A stretch of 64,000 nt of DNA from the human T2T-CHM13v2.0 reference genome, Homo sapiens, in assembly GCF_009914755.1 (NCBI RefSeq), contig NC_060928.1. One strand, written 5' to 3'. A program made the translations under genes and the position numbers. Within the stretch, counting starts at the first letter, position 1, and each line of letters begins with the position of its first letter. Shown in pieces: positions 1-15,350 of this stretch. The notes below the pieces were generated by a model. The model was not told the origin of the DNA and searched no databases. It saw only the letters and a program-made list of their open reading frames with translations.

Positions 1-60
1 AGGGAGGGAGGGAGGGAAAAATGGGAGATGGAAGGAAGGGTGGGGGAAGAAGGAAGGAAT
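1..60 (+). repeat. Polypurine (GGGA)n/(GGAA)n low-complexity tract, cut by the window edge
   Basis: agggagggagggaggg...gaaggaaggaa read directly. Confidence 0.85.
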
Positions 61-2009
61 TGAACAATTTCTGATGTCTGCCACATGGTACAGGTTCTGC
101 CCAGAAAAGAGAGGCCTTCAGTTGACCAGTAATTTTGTCTAATGCAAGGGTGGAGTATGAATAAGCCCACTTGGCCACCAATTAAAAGTCCATTCTCTAA
201 TCAGCTCTAACAGTACTGATGATGGCATTATAACTCCAATTTGTTGACACCTAAAATCTCTTAACTGGCTCTGAATTCAGGAAGGGAAAGAGTTTATTGA
301 GCTCCCAATGCCAACACTTTGTGCTCAAAGTTTCAACGGTGTCTCTAACCTCCTTTATAGCCTATTCTCTTTTATTTTTTGCAATGCCTGTTCCTGCCAA
401 AATACACAATCCACTGTTTCACACACTCCTCACTCCAGTGTTTGCCTCATGGTGTTCTCTTTGCATGAAATTCCATTTCCCACTCTACTTCAGTATAACA
501 AAATGCTACTCATAATTCATTTATTTGAATACAAAGGCCCAATGCAATTTTTACCACTCCCAAAACTCTTCCCAGATGCCCGCAGCTGAGGTAATCTTCC
601 CTTCCTCTGAATTCTCAGCGCTACTTCTCTGTATCATTCTGATAGTGACCATCTCCTATTTGATTTACTTATATATCCTAAACCTTCCTGATATAACTTC
701 TTCAAACAGAATCTGAAGGAATTGGTAGGAATAATAGCCTAAGACAAGAAAGGCATCCTTGTTGAAATCAGCCTGAGCAAAAAGTAAGACCCATGAATGT
801 CTAACTCATGTTCATGTGGAGTGCAGGAAGCACAGGGGCATGTAATATAAGCTAAGAGCAGAAAAGGACACCGCACTAATCTAATTATACTAATTCTAAT
901 GACAACAGAAAGCCAACATAAGTCAGCATGGGAAAGAGACATAAACAGTAACATGGGCAAGCATTTATCAGGCTAAACAGATTCTTACATATTTGTCAAA
1001 ATCTATTTCATTCACACATACCATTTGGGCTAAGACTTACTGAGTGATTGTTTTCTCTATTTCTGTTCTTAACTTCTTTTACAAATTAGGCCAAAAGTTT
1101 GAAGTAAGTTTAGTCTAGGTCTAGAATACCTATTCTGTATTTGAAAAGAGAGCCCATTTGTATACCTGAAATTGACCCAATTTAGGATATGGGCTCAATT
1201 TAAGTAAAATATTGCATCATATTAAATAAAAAAGTTCACTTATACTTCTCATGCTTCTTACCAAATACTACTTGCTTTTTCACAAAACTGTGACACCCTT
1301 TAATTACAAGATACCGTGTCCCTGGTTTTTCTAGACAACAATCCCTCCTTAGTGGGTACCTTTTCCCTACTTTTTTAACCTGACTGTGCCTAACAGTCTG
1401 AGTTTTACCCATTCCATAGTTAATTCTCCCAAGGACAGGCAAAGAATTGACTTTTTACAAGTTCACTTTAAAAAATGGCACTTCCTGAGACCCAGATTTC
1501 CCATTTGTCAATGAATTCCGAAGGGCTCCTTTCAGAGCAACAGCTTCTCAAAATGAGGAGATGAGGGAGGTGGTTGAGCAGTAGTTTTTTCTTCCTCTCA
1601 TTCCCCCAAAAATGAATAATGAAAACCTGGCGCAAAATCTCAGAATATCTGCTCATCTCTGTGTTGGGTAGAGTAAACCTACAAAGAAGGAAAATGGCAA
1701 GTGAGGGGAGAGTTTGAAGGCATAAAAAGAAAGAGTTAATAAATAGACCAAGGACTGAGACTGGAAAAGGAGACAATAATGGGCATGAAAGTAGATACAC
1801 TTTGTTTTTGTTTCTGTTTTGGCTTTAAGGAGGAAAAATCCCATCTGGTACATGTTTATCTTCTATGTTTTCTAAGAGATTCTGAAATCTATGTCGCCAT
1901 AAGGCCTTACACTATGATCAATGGATATTTGTTGATTTCATTTTAATTTCATTCAAATCAAGAATTGTACCCATAAATTCTCTCCATGCCCTTATAGGGG
2001 TAGAAAAGA

Positions 2010-2170
2010 GGAGTTTGAATCCTGGGTTCACCATGTACAAACTTTATCAAAGTTAATTAGCCACTTCCCAGGGTCGCAGCAAAGATTCAGTGAAATAACG
2101 TGCAGAAAGTGTCCAATGCCTGACATATATTAAGCACTCAACAAAACATAGTTACTGTTATTATTCTTGT
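2010..2170 (+). mobile_element. MIR fragment
   Basis: tttgaatcctgggttcacca ... aatgcctgacatatattaagcactcaacaaa...gttattatt resembles the MIR core and 3' end. Confidence 0.6.
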
Positions 2171-3762
2171 TCTCATTTTCCTTCCAACTTCCCTGTCTTT
2201 AAAGAACACAGCCCCAGCCCTTTGACTGTGACACTATGGTTCCATAATTCTCAACCACCACACCTCAACACATCATTGTTGGGATCAGCAATGAGGTATG
2301 CCTCAACTAATGTGCTTATGATATAGAATAACTTCCAAAATTTTTGAATGGTTTTTTGGAAAATAAATGTTATTGAATTCCTATCCCTATAAAGCTATCC
2401 CCATGATAATATCACTCTTAGTCATTTACATTCCAGTGAGCTCTCAAGTAGGACCTTCTCCCCCAAACTTACTGCCGGCCCTAACCAATAAAGTCACATT
2501 TACTATATAAAGAGACTTAAGTCTCCATTCCTATTTAGAACTAAGATCTGAGTCTAAATCTGCATAAGCAAAAACTCACTAAGTTATTCTACTAAATAGA
2601 GGATTACAGGTCTATATCCCTCCAGCCAAAACATTGGCAGAGACTTTAAAAGGACAGTTTTTTCTTTGACATGCTCAAATTAGGCAGGACCCTGCTCCCC
2701 ATCACCCCCGCCTTCTCACTAGGTCTAAGGGAAAATGGGAACAGTACGATCAGCACGAGCCCTCCGTGTCTGTGGGCTTTTTCCATGCCTCCAAAAAACA
2801 TCATCTTAAGAGGAGATTTGGAGTTTCATGAACAATTTCATGATATCTGTCTTCTGGGAGAACTGGAAACAGAAACTGAGCTGTAAATGCTAGACTGTCA
2901 TGCCTGAGAGCAACTTCCATTTTCCATTCTGGATTGGTTTTAAAATATGGTATCATTCCCAGAACCTTTAAGAATAATTCAACTTTTACCTACCCACCCT
3001 CTCCCTTTGCTTTTAATCGTTCCCCCAAATCAGATGCCACGCAAGAGTTTAACATTCAAATCTGCCAAAAAATATAAAAAACTAGTGAGTACAAATCTGT
3101 TAAGAGTTAGAGACAGTTTATGGAAATACATATTTTAAGTACTCTGCATTAAAAAGAAAGAGCACATTATCTGAGACATGCCTCACTGGTGACCCCAACA
3201 ACGATGTGTTGAGGCGTGGTGATTCAGAACTACAGAACTACACAGTATGACCATAGAGGGCTGGAGGTAATGGCTAAAAACAGGAAAGTGGGAAGGAAAA
3301 TGAGAACTGCGAATAATAAAGTAAGTTTCATTGAGTGCTCACTTGCAAGTGAACATCATCTTGTTTTTGTTTGGAGTTGCTATCTTTAATATTTCAAGGA
3401 AATACAAGACCAGCAGAGGGAGTTGGTGACAAAGGGATTCATGCACCAAAGCAGAATCCGAAACCAATGTTGGTCTATAGTGGCTGAGGAATAAAGAAAG
3501 TAAATTCCAGCAGCTCCCGGAACATTCTGCTGAGGTTTTCACAGCATTTCAAGTTGCTTCAGAACAGCAAGGGAAACCTAGGGGGATCCCTCTGGGAGCA
3601 AACGAATAGAGAGGATATGCTACGCTGCTGTGAATGAGCTGTGAGAGGGCATAAATCCATAGGGCATTTCGCTCTGTTCAAGCAACCCATGATGGAATCA
3701 CCAGGATTCTTCACATATAAATCCAGAGTAAGATTTTCCTTTAAAAGTAAGTAGGCTTTCAC

Positions 3763-4144
<382 letters not shown>

Positions 4145-5341
4145 TCATCCAGGAAATCAGAAATGTACACTACACTCTTCAGTAACCACCCATCGACCCT
4201 CGCCCCCCATGCTGTAAGGGTGTTGAGTTATTTGATGATTAAATGAGAGTTGGATGCTACCTGACACCCTTGCAAATCAGAGTCCTCATACAACTAGCCT
4301 CGGTATAGTGACACTTTCAAAAGCAATAGGAACCTACTCTGAACACCAAAAAGAAGAATGCGGCTCTTCACTTCGGGTTTTCTTGAAGGGATAATGAGAA
4401 TCTATATGCTGCTTCAAACAAATAAAACTTCCTTAAAATCTGCCTTAGACATCCTTCTCTTTCCTCTAAGGTTTCACACTCATGCTAGCTACAAAATCCC
4501 TCCCTCTCTGTCATGTAACGTTGCACACATTCGCTCTTTTTTTACCCTGTCCCCACCAGTTTGCTCTCTGTCCACCTACTCCATGCTCCCAACTTGGGAA
4601 CTGCCAACTGCATGCAGTTCCAGAAAATTAAGAAGTCCACTCTCTCAGCCAAGCCTTTTCTCATCACTTTCATTGCAGTAAATTTATATTCAGAGTTATG
4701 CAATGACCTTAAGGTATAGTTAGATGAGTTTTGAAATGTGTATGTGCAATCAACACACCAATCAAAATAGAGAACATTTAAATCAGCCCAGAAGGCTTCC
4801 TTGTTCCTCCTCCCAGTCACTCCCACGCCCCTAAGCAACCACAGCTTTCATTTCTATCACCATAGATTAATTTTGCTCGTCCTTAACTTTACATAATGAG
4901 ATCACACATGTGCTTTTTTGATTCTTTTTTCATTCAACATAAGTTTTTTGAGATTCATCCCTATTGTTTCATGTTTTAGTAGTATTCTATTAACTCTATA
5001 CACCATAATTTATTTATCCATTCACCACGGACATCTGTTATTTCCATTTTGGAGTGACTATGAGTGAAGCTGCCATGAATATTATCGCATGAGTCTTTTT
5101 GCAGACATGTTTTCATTTTGGGGGGGTAAAAATCTAGGAGCAGAATTGGAGGGTCATAGGGTACCCATCTAACTGCTACAGAAACTACCAAAACACTTCT
5201 AAGTATTTTACCAGTAACATATGAGTTCCAGCCGCTGCTCCACATCCTCATCAACATTGGTGTTATCAGACTATATTCTTCCAATATGTAGCAGGCCTTT
5301 TTATTTTCTTAATGATGTCTTTTGATGAGCAAATTTTTTAA

Positions 5342-5737
<396 letters not shown>

Positions 5738-6243
5738 TGCAATGGTATTCTGCTGTGTTGTCTTCTAGAAGCTTTGAAGAAACTTTTAATCTTGGGTCTA
5801 TAAGCAATCTCAAATTAATTTTCATGTACAGTGTGAGATTGTAAAGTTTTTCCCCAAACAGATGTCCAATCATTCCAGAATGATTTATTGAAAAGACTTT
5901 CTTTTTACCACTAAATTGCCCTGGTACCCTTGTCAAAACTCAATGTGAGGATATCTTTCTGCACTCTAATTCTGTTCCACTGAATTATTTGTCTTTCTTA
6001 ATGCTTATTCTGCACTCTCTTGATTAATATAGCTTTATACAAGGTTTTAAATCAAGTAGGGAAAGTTCCCCATCTCCCAACCCCCAAATGTTTGGCTGTC
6101 CTAGATCCACTATATTACCATATAGATTTTAGAATCAACTCACAACTTTTATAAAATGAGCTTGTTGGAAATGTCAATTGGGACAGTGATAAAGGTATAG
6201 ATCAATTTGGGAAGTAGTGACATCTTAAAAGTACTAAGTATAC

Positions 6244-6550
6244 CATATTAGTCTGTTCTCACACTGCTAACAAAGACATACCTGAGACTGGTATAAAGGA
6301 AGGAGGCTTAATGGACTCACAGTTCCACATGGATGGGGAGGCCTCACAATCAGGTCAGAAGGTGAATGAGGAGCAAAGTCCCATCTTACATGGCAGCAGG
6401 GACTTGCCTTGTCTCAAATGAGGGTTTGGACTTGGACTTCTGAGTTAATGCTAGAATAAGTTAAGACTTTGGGGAACTGTTGGGAAGGCGTGCTTTGTTT
6501 TGAAATGTGGGGACATGAGATTTGGGGTGGGGACACAGCCAAACATACAC
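6244..6550 (-). mobile_element. THE1 (ERVL-MaLR) LTR carrying an inverted THE1-internal 3' fragment
   Basis: Antisense LTR ends (tattagtctgttctcacactgct... and atgagatttggggtggggacacagccaaa) flank sense THE1-int-like sequence (gacttgccttgtctc...gagttaatgct...ttttgaaatgtg). Confidence 0.8.
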
Positions 6551-8631
6551 ACTAATGCATGAACATTATATACCTCTCCATTTATTTAGATCTCCTTTAT
6601 TTTCTCTCAGCAGAATTTTGTAGTTTCCAGTGTACAAGTCCTCGTGCATTTTATTAAATTTATTCTTAGTTATCTGATTTTTGATACTATTTAACAACTC
6701 AATTTTTAAAATTTCATTTACTACTTTTATGCTAACATATAGAAAAACAATTGCTTGTGGTATATTGACCTTGTATCCTCACATTTTGCTAAATTCACTT
6801 ATTTGTAAATTATTATAGATTACTTAGGCTTTTCAACATAATCATGTCATCTGTGACTAAAGATTATTTTATTTTATCCTTTCCAATATTTTGCCTTTTA
6901 TTTCTTTTCCTTGCCTTACTATTCTGACAAGGACCTTCATATTACAATACTGATTAGAAGTGGTGAGAAAAGCACATTTTTCTTTTTCCTAATCTTAGGA
7001 GGAAAGCATTTAGTGTTTCATGTAAGTATAAAATTAGCTATAAATTTTGGGTAGATGCCCTTATTAGGTCCTATTTTCAGTTTGTTGACAACTGTTTTAT
7101 TTTAATCTCAAATAAGTGTTGTTTTTTCAAATACTTTTGCTGCATTTATTTAGATGATTATATAAATTTTTCTCTTTTTTTCTAGTAATGTGGCTAATTT
7201 ACATTGATTTTCAAATGTTGAACCACTTATATTCCTGGGATAAACTCCGCCTGGTTTTATGATCCTTTTCATACATGATTGGATTTGATTTTCTAATATT
7301 TTACTGAGGATTTTTATGTCTATGTTCATTAGAGATACTGGCTGTAATTTTGTTTACCTGTAATGCTTTGATCATGTTGTGATATTAGGATGATCCTGGC
7401 CTTATAACATGAGTTGGGAAACATTCCGTCGCCCTATATTTTCTGAGTTTGTCTGACATTAGTACCAGTAAACTATTTGGGCCTGGTATTTCAAGGAAAA
7501 AGAGTGGGTAATTATTAAAAATTCTATGTCTTAAGTAGATACAGAGCTATTGTGATTTTTCATTTCTTTTTGTGTCAGTTTTGTAAACTTGGTTATTTGT
7601 CCATTTCATGTAAGTTGTCAAATTTACTGAAACAAGTTTACATACCCTTTTTAAGGTATGTGGGATCTGCCATTATATCCTCACTTTCATTCCTGCTATT
7701 AATAACTTATCTTCCCTCTCTTTTTTTCTTGATAATGCTTGCTACGGGCTTATCAATTTTATTAGTATTTTCAAAAAACTTTCATATGGTAATTTTCTCT
7801 AATATTTGTGTTCTACTTCATAGGATTTCCTCTTTGTAATTCTTTGCTTCTATTTTCTACCTTGCTCTGTCTTCTTTCTTTCTTCTTTTCTAATATAAAT
7901 ATGTAAAACATTTCCCTCTAATAATTATTTAACTGAAGTTCACAAATTTTTATATTGTATTTTTATTACCATTCAATTCAAAATATTTTCTAATTTCCAT
8001 TTTAATTTCTTCTTTGACTCATGGATTATTTAGAGGAGTATTGATTGATTTTCAAATACTTGGGATGTTTTCTTCTTTCTAGAAATCCTATGGTTATTTA
8101 TTTCTAATTTAATTCCATTATGATCACAGAACATAGTCTATGACTTCAATCCTTTAAGTGCATTGGTACTTTTTCATGGTCCAACACGTGATCTATGATG
8201 CTGAACATTCTATGTGTACTTGAAAACAATATGTTCTGCAACTGTTAGATAGAAAGTTCTGTAAATGCCAACTGTGTTAAGTGGAGGAAAGAGTTGTTCA
8301 AATCTATATTCTTGGATTTTTTGTTTGTACTTTTGCCTACTTGACCAATCAACTACTAAAGAAGGGTGTTAACATCTCTAATTTATGTGTTTTATTCTTT
8401 CTCCCTGCACTTTTATCAGATTTTTCCCCAAGTATTTTGAAGCTATTATTAGGTCCATGCACATTTGGGTTTATTATGTCTCCAATGATTAATTGACCTT
8501 TTATGGTTATGAAATATCTTCCTTTATCTGTGGTAATAATTTTTGTCTTGAAGTCTACTTCATCTGAAAAGACAAAGCCACACCAGCTTTATCATGCTTA
8601 TTGTCTAGGTAGTGTATTTGCTAACCTGTCA

Positions 8632-9032
<401 letters not shown>

Positions 9033-12000
9033 ATTTTATCTTTATCTTTGTTTGGTTTTTCAGCAGTTTGAGGATGATTTGCTGAAGTGTATTTTTCCTT
9101 TTATTTTCCCTGTTTGGGATTTGCTAATGTTCCTAGATATGGACATTGATTTTTTTTTCCAAATTTGGGAGATTATTAGCCCTTATTGATTCATATTTAT
9201 TCATATATATATATATATATTTTCATTGCTCCATTCACTCTCTTCTCCCTAAGGGATGCCAATTATATGTAAGATAGACTTCTAAATATTGTGCCAGAGT
9301 TTACTAATGCTTTAAAAATATTTTTTAAATCTTTTTTCTTTTCATTCTACAGATTAGACTTATTTCAGATATTATCCTTTTCATTTCTGAATTTCCTTAG
9401 CTAATTTTCATAGTTTTTATTTTCTACTGTCATTCCCACATATTCTCTCATTAGAAACATGCTGTCCTTTAAGTCCTCGAACACATTTTTTAGCAGCTGT
9501 TTAAAAGTCCTTGTCTGCTAAATCTAACCTTTGTGTCAACTTGGGTTATTTCTCAGGGTTTGATGTTGGGTCACACAGTTTCATGCTTCTTAACATGTCT
9601 CGTAAGTTTTTTTTATTGTATGCTGAATATTGTGAGTGATACATTGTAAATAGCCTGAATTATGTTGTCTCCCTTTAAAGAGTTGACATTTTGTCCTTAG
9701 GGGATAGCCCTTGCTTGAAGGCATAATCCTTATTGCTAAGGTGTGGGTTTTCTGTAATCTCAAAAGAATGCCCAAGTTGTACAGCGAATCTCTTCACCTC
9801 TGTCATGGAAAACCAATTATCTCCTAGCACTGGATGAACTCTGGCTTCTCCATGTCAGCTCTCTTCCCAACTGCATCTGTTCTCTGCTGCACCTCAGAGT
9901 CTGGGCCAGCATATGCACAGCCCAGGCCTAGGCCATGGTCCTATGGTAAACACCCACGCAGATTCTCAGAACTTCCCTCTAAGCAACTTCCTTTTCTCTA
10001 GCACTCTACCCACAAAGCTTAGCAGCCCTCAAGTCCCAATCACTGCCTCTCAGTTCAGCAAGAACACTGCTCCTCAAACTATGCCTCATTTTGCTGCAAT
10101 TAGAAAGGCGCCCTGAATCAAAGTGCCAGGGCCAACAAAGGTATCATTCCTGTTCTCTTCTCTCAAGAATCCCAGTCCTGCTCTGCCTATTGTCCAACAC
10201 CTGAAAACATCTGTCTCATATATTCTGTCTGATTTTATAGTTGTTTATGGTGGGAGGACAAGTCCAGTATTGGCTACTCTGTTGTAGCTCGAAGTGCAAA
10301 TGATATAGCTCTTATTGTTTTTCTTGTGAAAATCAACCCCACCCAAGAATGTTAATGACTAAATTCCTTCATCTCATTACATCTTACTCCAGGAAAGTTT
10401 TTTGGAATCCTGACAAATCTATTACACAGTTTTCTCTCAGAGGACTTACATGTTATATGTACTTGTGGAAAGAAAATCTCTTCTGACTTGCAGCATAGAT
10501 CCTACCTTCCTTTCTTCTTTTGCTATTGTGTTGGACAACATTGTCAATTTCCCAATGGCATCTGACTGTATATCCCACAGTTTCTTCCAACAAATCTTGG
10601 GACTGAGACATAAGTGACTGCGTTGGAAAGGAAGTTATCAGCATCATGTTCCAATCTTCCCCTCCTTGGGGTCTCTCTCACAAAAGAAAAAAGATGCCAC
10701 ATCTATCAATCATTTTCCTCATGAATGCAGTGAGATACCAAATACTGCAAGAACTATGAAAGCAGCCACCCTCCCAAGTTCTAGGCAATCCTGAGACTGT
10801 CCCACACATACTGGTGTCTGCAATGAGTCAAAGAATAAATGCTCACAAAAATCTGTTTTATGGCAACATGAGGGAGGACAGGATACACAAGGAAATGCCC
10901 AAATTCTGGGACTCAGGCATCTTTCGCTTGGGATTGAGGGCTCTCTAGCTGCTTCACCATCATGGGGATTTTCTTACTTGTTACAAATCTGGCTTTAGAA
11001 GGTTGAGTCATATGGACCTTAACTTCTATTTCTCCCAGGTATCTTGTATACGATCTCTGTTAATTTGCTATTGAAAGGTTTCTATGTTCTCCTCCTTTTT
11101 TATATCAACCCCAACTTGCTTAACCAAGAGCAAAAACTTGGAGCCTCTCAGGTATGTGGTGGAGGCAGAGGTTATGTGTTAACTCTGAACTATTGCATAG
11201 CCCTCATCCAAGTAGACATTCCAAGCTGAACATACACATAAAACCTTTTCTTTTTCTTGTGACAGGAAGTCCTACTTTTTTCTAAATCCCAGGATTGCTC
11301 TGCCTTTCCACATACTTGTTTTAAAGTAGTCACACATTTCACCAGAAACAAAGTCCTGGTTGCTTTCTGTCACAGCTGAGAGCACTGACTCTGAAAATCC
11401 CCCACTATGCCAGTGAGGTGCCCCACACAACCCTGAGACTCTCCCCCTCAGTCTTGGTACAGTGCTTCCCATAAGTTCCTGCAGGGTCTGGGAGGGTGCA
11501 GTTGCACCAGTGCTTGCAAATATCTGCTTAATGGCAAACTCCACAGTGGCAGTCCCTGGGAAACCATTTTCTATTGGTAGGTCAGAGCAAAAGCCCGGCA
11601 TAAAGATATGCATTCCCTTTACTAAATCCTGCATTTTCTCTTTTTTCATGACCCCTTTCCTCCTCATCTCCTTACAAATGCAAAAGTTTCTATAACTAGA
11701 CCCTCCCTGCTGCTCCTCCCACCCACCCCAAGTACCGTCCACCTCTCACCCTCAGACTGCCCATGTCATGGAAAGTTTCTCTGGGTTTCTGCTCAAATAG
11801 TATCTTTCATCTCTGTACGTATTTGATATGGAATTAACCTTAGAAAACAAGTTTAAGAATGAGAAAGTTAATACTAATATAACTTTAAAATTAACTTCTC
11901 AATACCTATGTTCCAGAATTTTAGTGATAAAAATGCAAATTTAAAACACTTCTCTCATGTGTGAAATACATTCAGCCAGATCATTTTAAAATTACATTAA

Positions 12001-13935
12001 TCATATTATCTCATTTGTCACTCAATGATTACTCTGATTTAAATATTATGATGGTGCCAGAGCTATATTTAATGAGCAAATTTAATAAGAATAGCACTGA
12101 AACTCTATCCAAGAAGCTTAATAGTCCTTGAGGAAAACTTTCATAGGAGATCAATCTATAATTTGTATATGTTGACCACGGAAAATAAAATGTACTGGCT
12201 TTTCCTAAAATAGGCCATCATTATTTTGTATATAACTTATTTTTTAATTTAATAGTTTAAAGTTAAAAAGGAAAGATTTAAGAATTATGAGAGGAAAGGT
12301 CAAATGCAATAAAGCAAGATAGCCAACTAGAAGCCCTTAGCACTCATTCCCACACAAATACAGCCAAAACAAAAAATAAACAACTACATATTGATGAAAA
12401 TAACTAAAGGAGAGTGCTGGAGTACATCAAAGGAATAGCAAAAACCCTGTGGAGCACAGTAACCTAGGACAGACACAAAGAAAAGAGAAGAAAACATCTG
12501 GCCTCCACCACCCCATCACCCAGTTGGGATCAGCTTGGAACTAGGAGGTACTTTTTTTTGCGGAGAAAAAGTAAGCAAGGGGACCCCAGCAGTCCTCATC
12601 ACCACTTTTGACACCTACAGACCTCACCACTGGGAACATCTGAGGTTCTCACAGAGGCTAAGCCCAGATGAGTGAGCTGCGTGGAGTTCCCCTGGGGAGA
12701 TGATGCCTTGGATGCCCAGAGCAGTCACACAAAATGGGCCTGAGATAAAGGAGCTCATCATCTCCTGTGGAATCAGTGCCTTGGACAAGCCAAGCAGTCA
12801 AGCATCTCAGGACTAAGCTGACGTGGAGCCCCATGTCCTAGAGAAACCGAGCATTGGCTGAGCTCAGACACCTAGTCCCACAGGCCAAGTGACCGCAGTA
12901 CCCTGTTTCCCTGGAAGTGGAGTAGAGTCTGGGCTGCTGAGTCCAGGGAGTGGAGTCATTACTGTGTTGCCCCTGCCTCCCAGGGCCCAAGTGACAGCTA
13001 TGCTCCACCATTCCAGAGTCCTTGCTGCTGCCATACTTGACCCCACAGAATCTGAGATACTGCCATGTCCCATCATCCCAGGGTCCAGAGTCACCATTAT
13101 GCAGTGTCTTATCTTCTGGGGCCTGAGTTTCCACTGTGCCTTATTGGTTCTGGTTCCTAAATTGTGATTGTACCCTGTTCACCGAACTCAAACCTCCAGA
13201 GAATCTCTTCTTTCCCAGAGACAGGCCAGTACCGTGCTCTGTCCCCAAGGGTCAGCTACAACCTGGCCTCCTGAGCCTGAGCTGACAGGGGATTCCTCAG
13301 AGTAACAGATCCCAACGTTGTGGGTAATCTTCATCCAAACATGCCTTGGAGACTCACCCTGTACCCCAAGACCCTGGTGCCACAATAGGCTCATAAGCTC
13401 CTGAGCACAGGACTCTGGCTCCACAGCCACTCTGAGCATTTGTGTCCTGGAACCCAGCACCAATGCCGTTGCTTAAGGCTCATGTCAGACATGACACCAA
13501 GAGGGATCCCCTCAACTAAGATTACCCATTATAGGGAAAACAAGAAGAAAAGGTCCCAAAAGCCCTCACCTCTGAGGACCCTAACAACCTATGCTCTTGC
13601 CACCACTGCCACAAACTCCTGTAGCCTAGCCCACTGAAACACCATAGTCATCACTGACATTGATTGCAGCTGAAGAACCTGCACAGATGCTATACCACTG
13701 CATCTACTTGGAACCAAAGTCATCACACCCTTCCCAACTGGCACACTAAGACCCACCTGTAGTGAAAGTTTTTCCTTACAAAAGCCACTCCGTAAAGTTT
13801 GGAAGAAGTGATTATTCCACCAGATGCTCAGCCAGCAATGCAGGGCCACAAAAGAATGAAAAAGCAAGGAAACATGATACCACCAAAAGAACACAATGTC
13901 TAGTAACTGACCCCAAAGAAAAGTAAATTTATAAA

Positions 13936-14800
13936 TTGCCTGAAAAAGAATTTAAAATAATAATCTTAAGGAAACTCAGCAACATACAAGAGAATACAGA
14001 TAGAAAATTCAATAAAATCAAGAAAAAAATTGATTACTTTAATGAGAAATTCAGCAAAGAGATGGATATCATACAAAAGAACCAAGCAGAAATCTTGAAG
14101 CTGAAACATTCAACGAATAATATAAGAAATAAAATAGAGAATTTCAACAGTAGACTACATCAAGAAGAAAAAAGAATCTCTAAACTTCAAGATAGGTATT
14201 TTGAAAATACCCAGAGGGCAAAAAAAAAAAAAAAAGAAAATATAATGAAAAAGAGTGAAGACAGCTGGGCACGGTGGCTCACACCTGTAATCCCAGTACT
14301 TTGACAGAGCAAGACTCCATCTCAAAAAAAAAAAAAAAAAAAAAAAAAAATGAAGGCAGCCTATGGGACTCATGGGACACCAATAAGCAAACAGACATTC
14401 ACATTATAAGAGTTGCAGAAAGAGAAGAGAAAAAGATAGGGACAGAAGCTTATTTAATGAAATAATTCCCAGAAGTTTCTTAAGTCTTAGAAGAGATACA
14501 GACATTGACATCCATGAAGTTCAAAAGTCTCCAAATAGATTCAATAGTTCAAAGGGGTGTTCTCTGAAGCACATTATAATTAACCAGTCAAAAATCAAAG
14601 ACAAAGAATTTTTAAAGCAGCAAGAGAAGTGTCAAGTATTGACATATATAGGAATCCCCACTAGACTACTAGTGAATTTCCAGCAGTAACCTTGCAGACC
14701 AGGAGAGAATGAGATGTTATACGCAAAATGCTACAAGGAAAAACAACAAAAACTGTCAGTCAAGAATACTATACACAGGAAATACGTCCTTCAGAAATGA
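13936..14800 (+). pseudogene. Decayed L1 ORF1p coding sequence
   Basis: Translation PEKEFKIIILRKLSNIQENTDRKFNKI...KNQAEILKLK...NSRLHQEEKRISKLQD resembles the L1 ORF1p coiled coil; broken by an Alu and frameshifts. Confidence 0.85.
14265..14350 (+). mobile_element. Internally deleted Alu (first ~38 nt joined to last ~20 nt plus poly-A)
   Basis: gctgggcacggtggctcacacctgtaatcccagtactttg|acagagcaagactccatctc-A(n); TSD-like tgaagacagc / tgaaggcagc. Confidence 0.9.
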
Positions 14801-15060
14801 TGGAGGAGATCCTGCCATTTGCTATAAATGCCATTTGCTATAAACCTGGAGAACATTATGCTAAATCAAAGAAGTCAGACACAGAAAGAAAAATATTGCA
14901 TGATCTCACTTATATGCAAAATCCTTTTTTAAAAGGTCAAATACATAGTGATAGAGAATAAAACAGTGGTTATCAGGGTAGAATAGGGATGGGTGGGAGG
15001 AAATAAGGAGATGTAGGTCAAAGAATACAAAGTAGCAAATAAAAAGAATAAACAAGTCTG

Positions 15061-15350
<290 letters not shown>

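Noticed and set aside
11272-11742. 156-aa minus-strand ORF overlapping a 77-aa plus-strand ORF
   Set aside because: No recognisable homology, splice context or Kozak ATG; consistent with chance.
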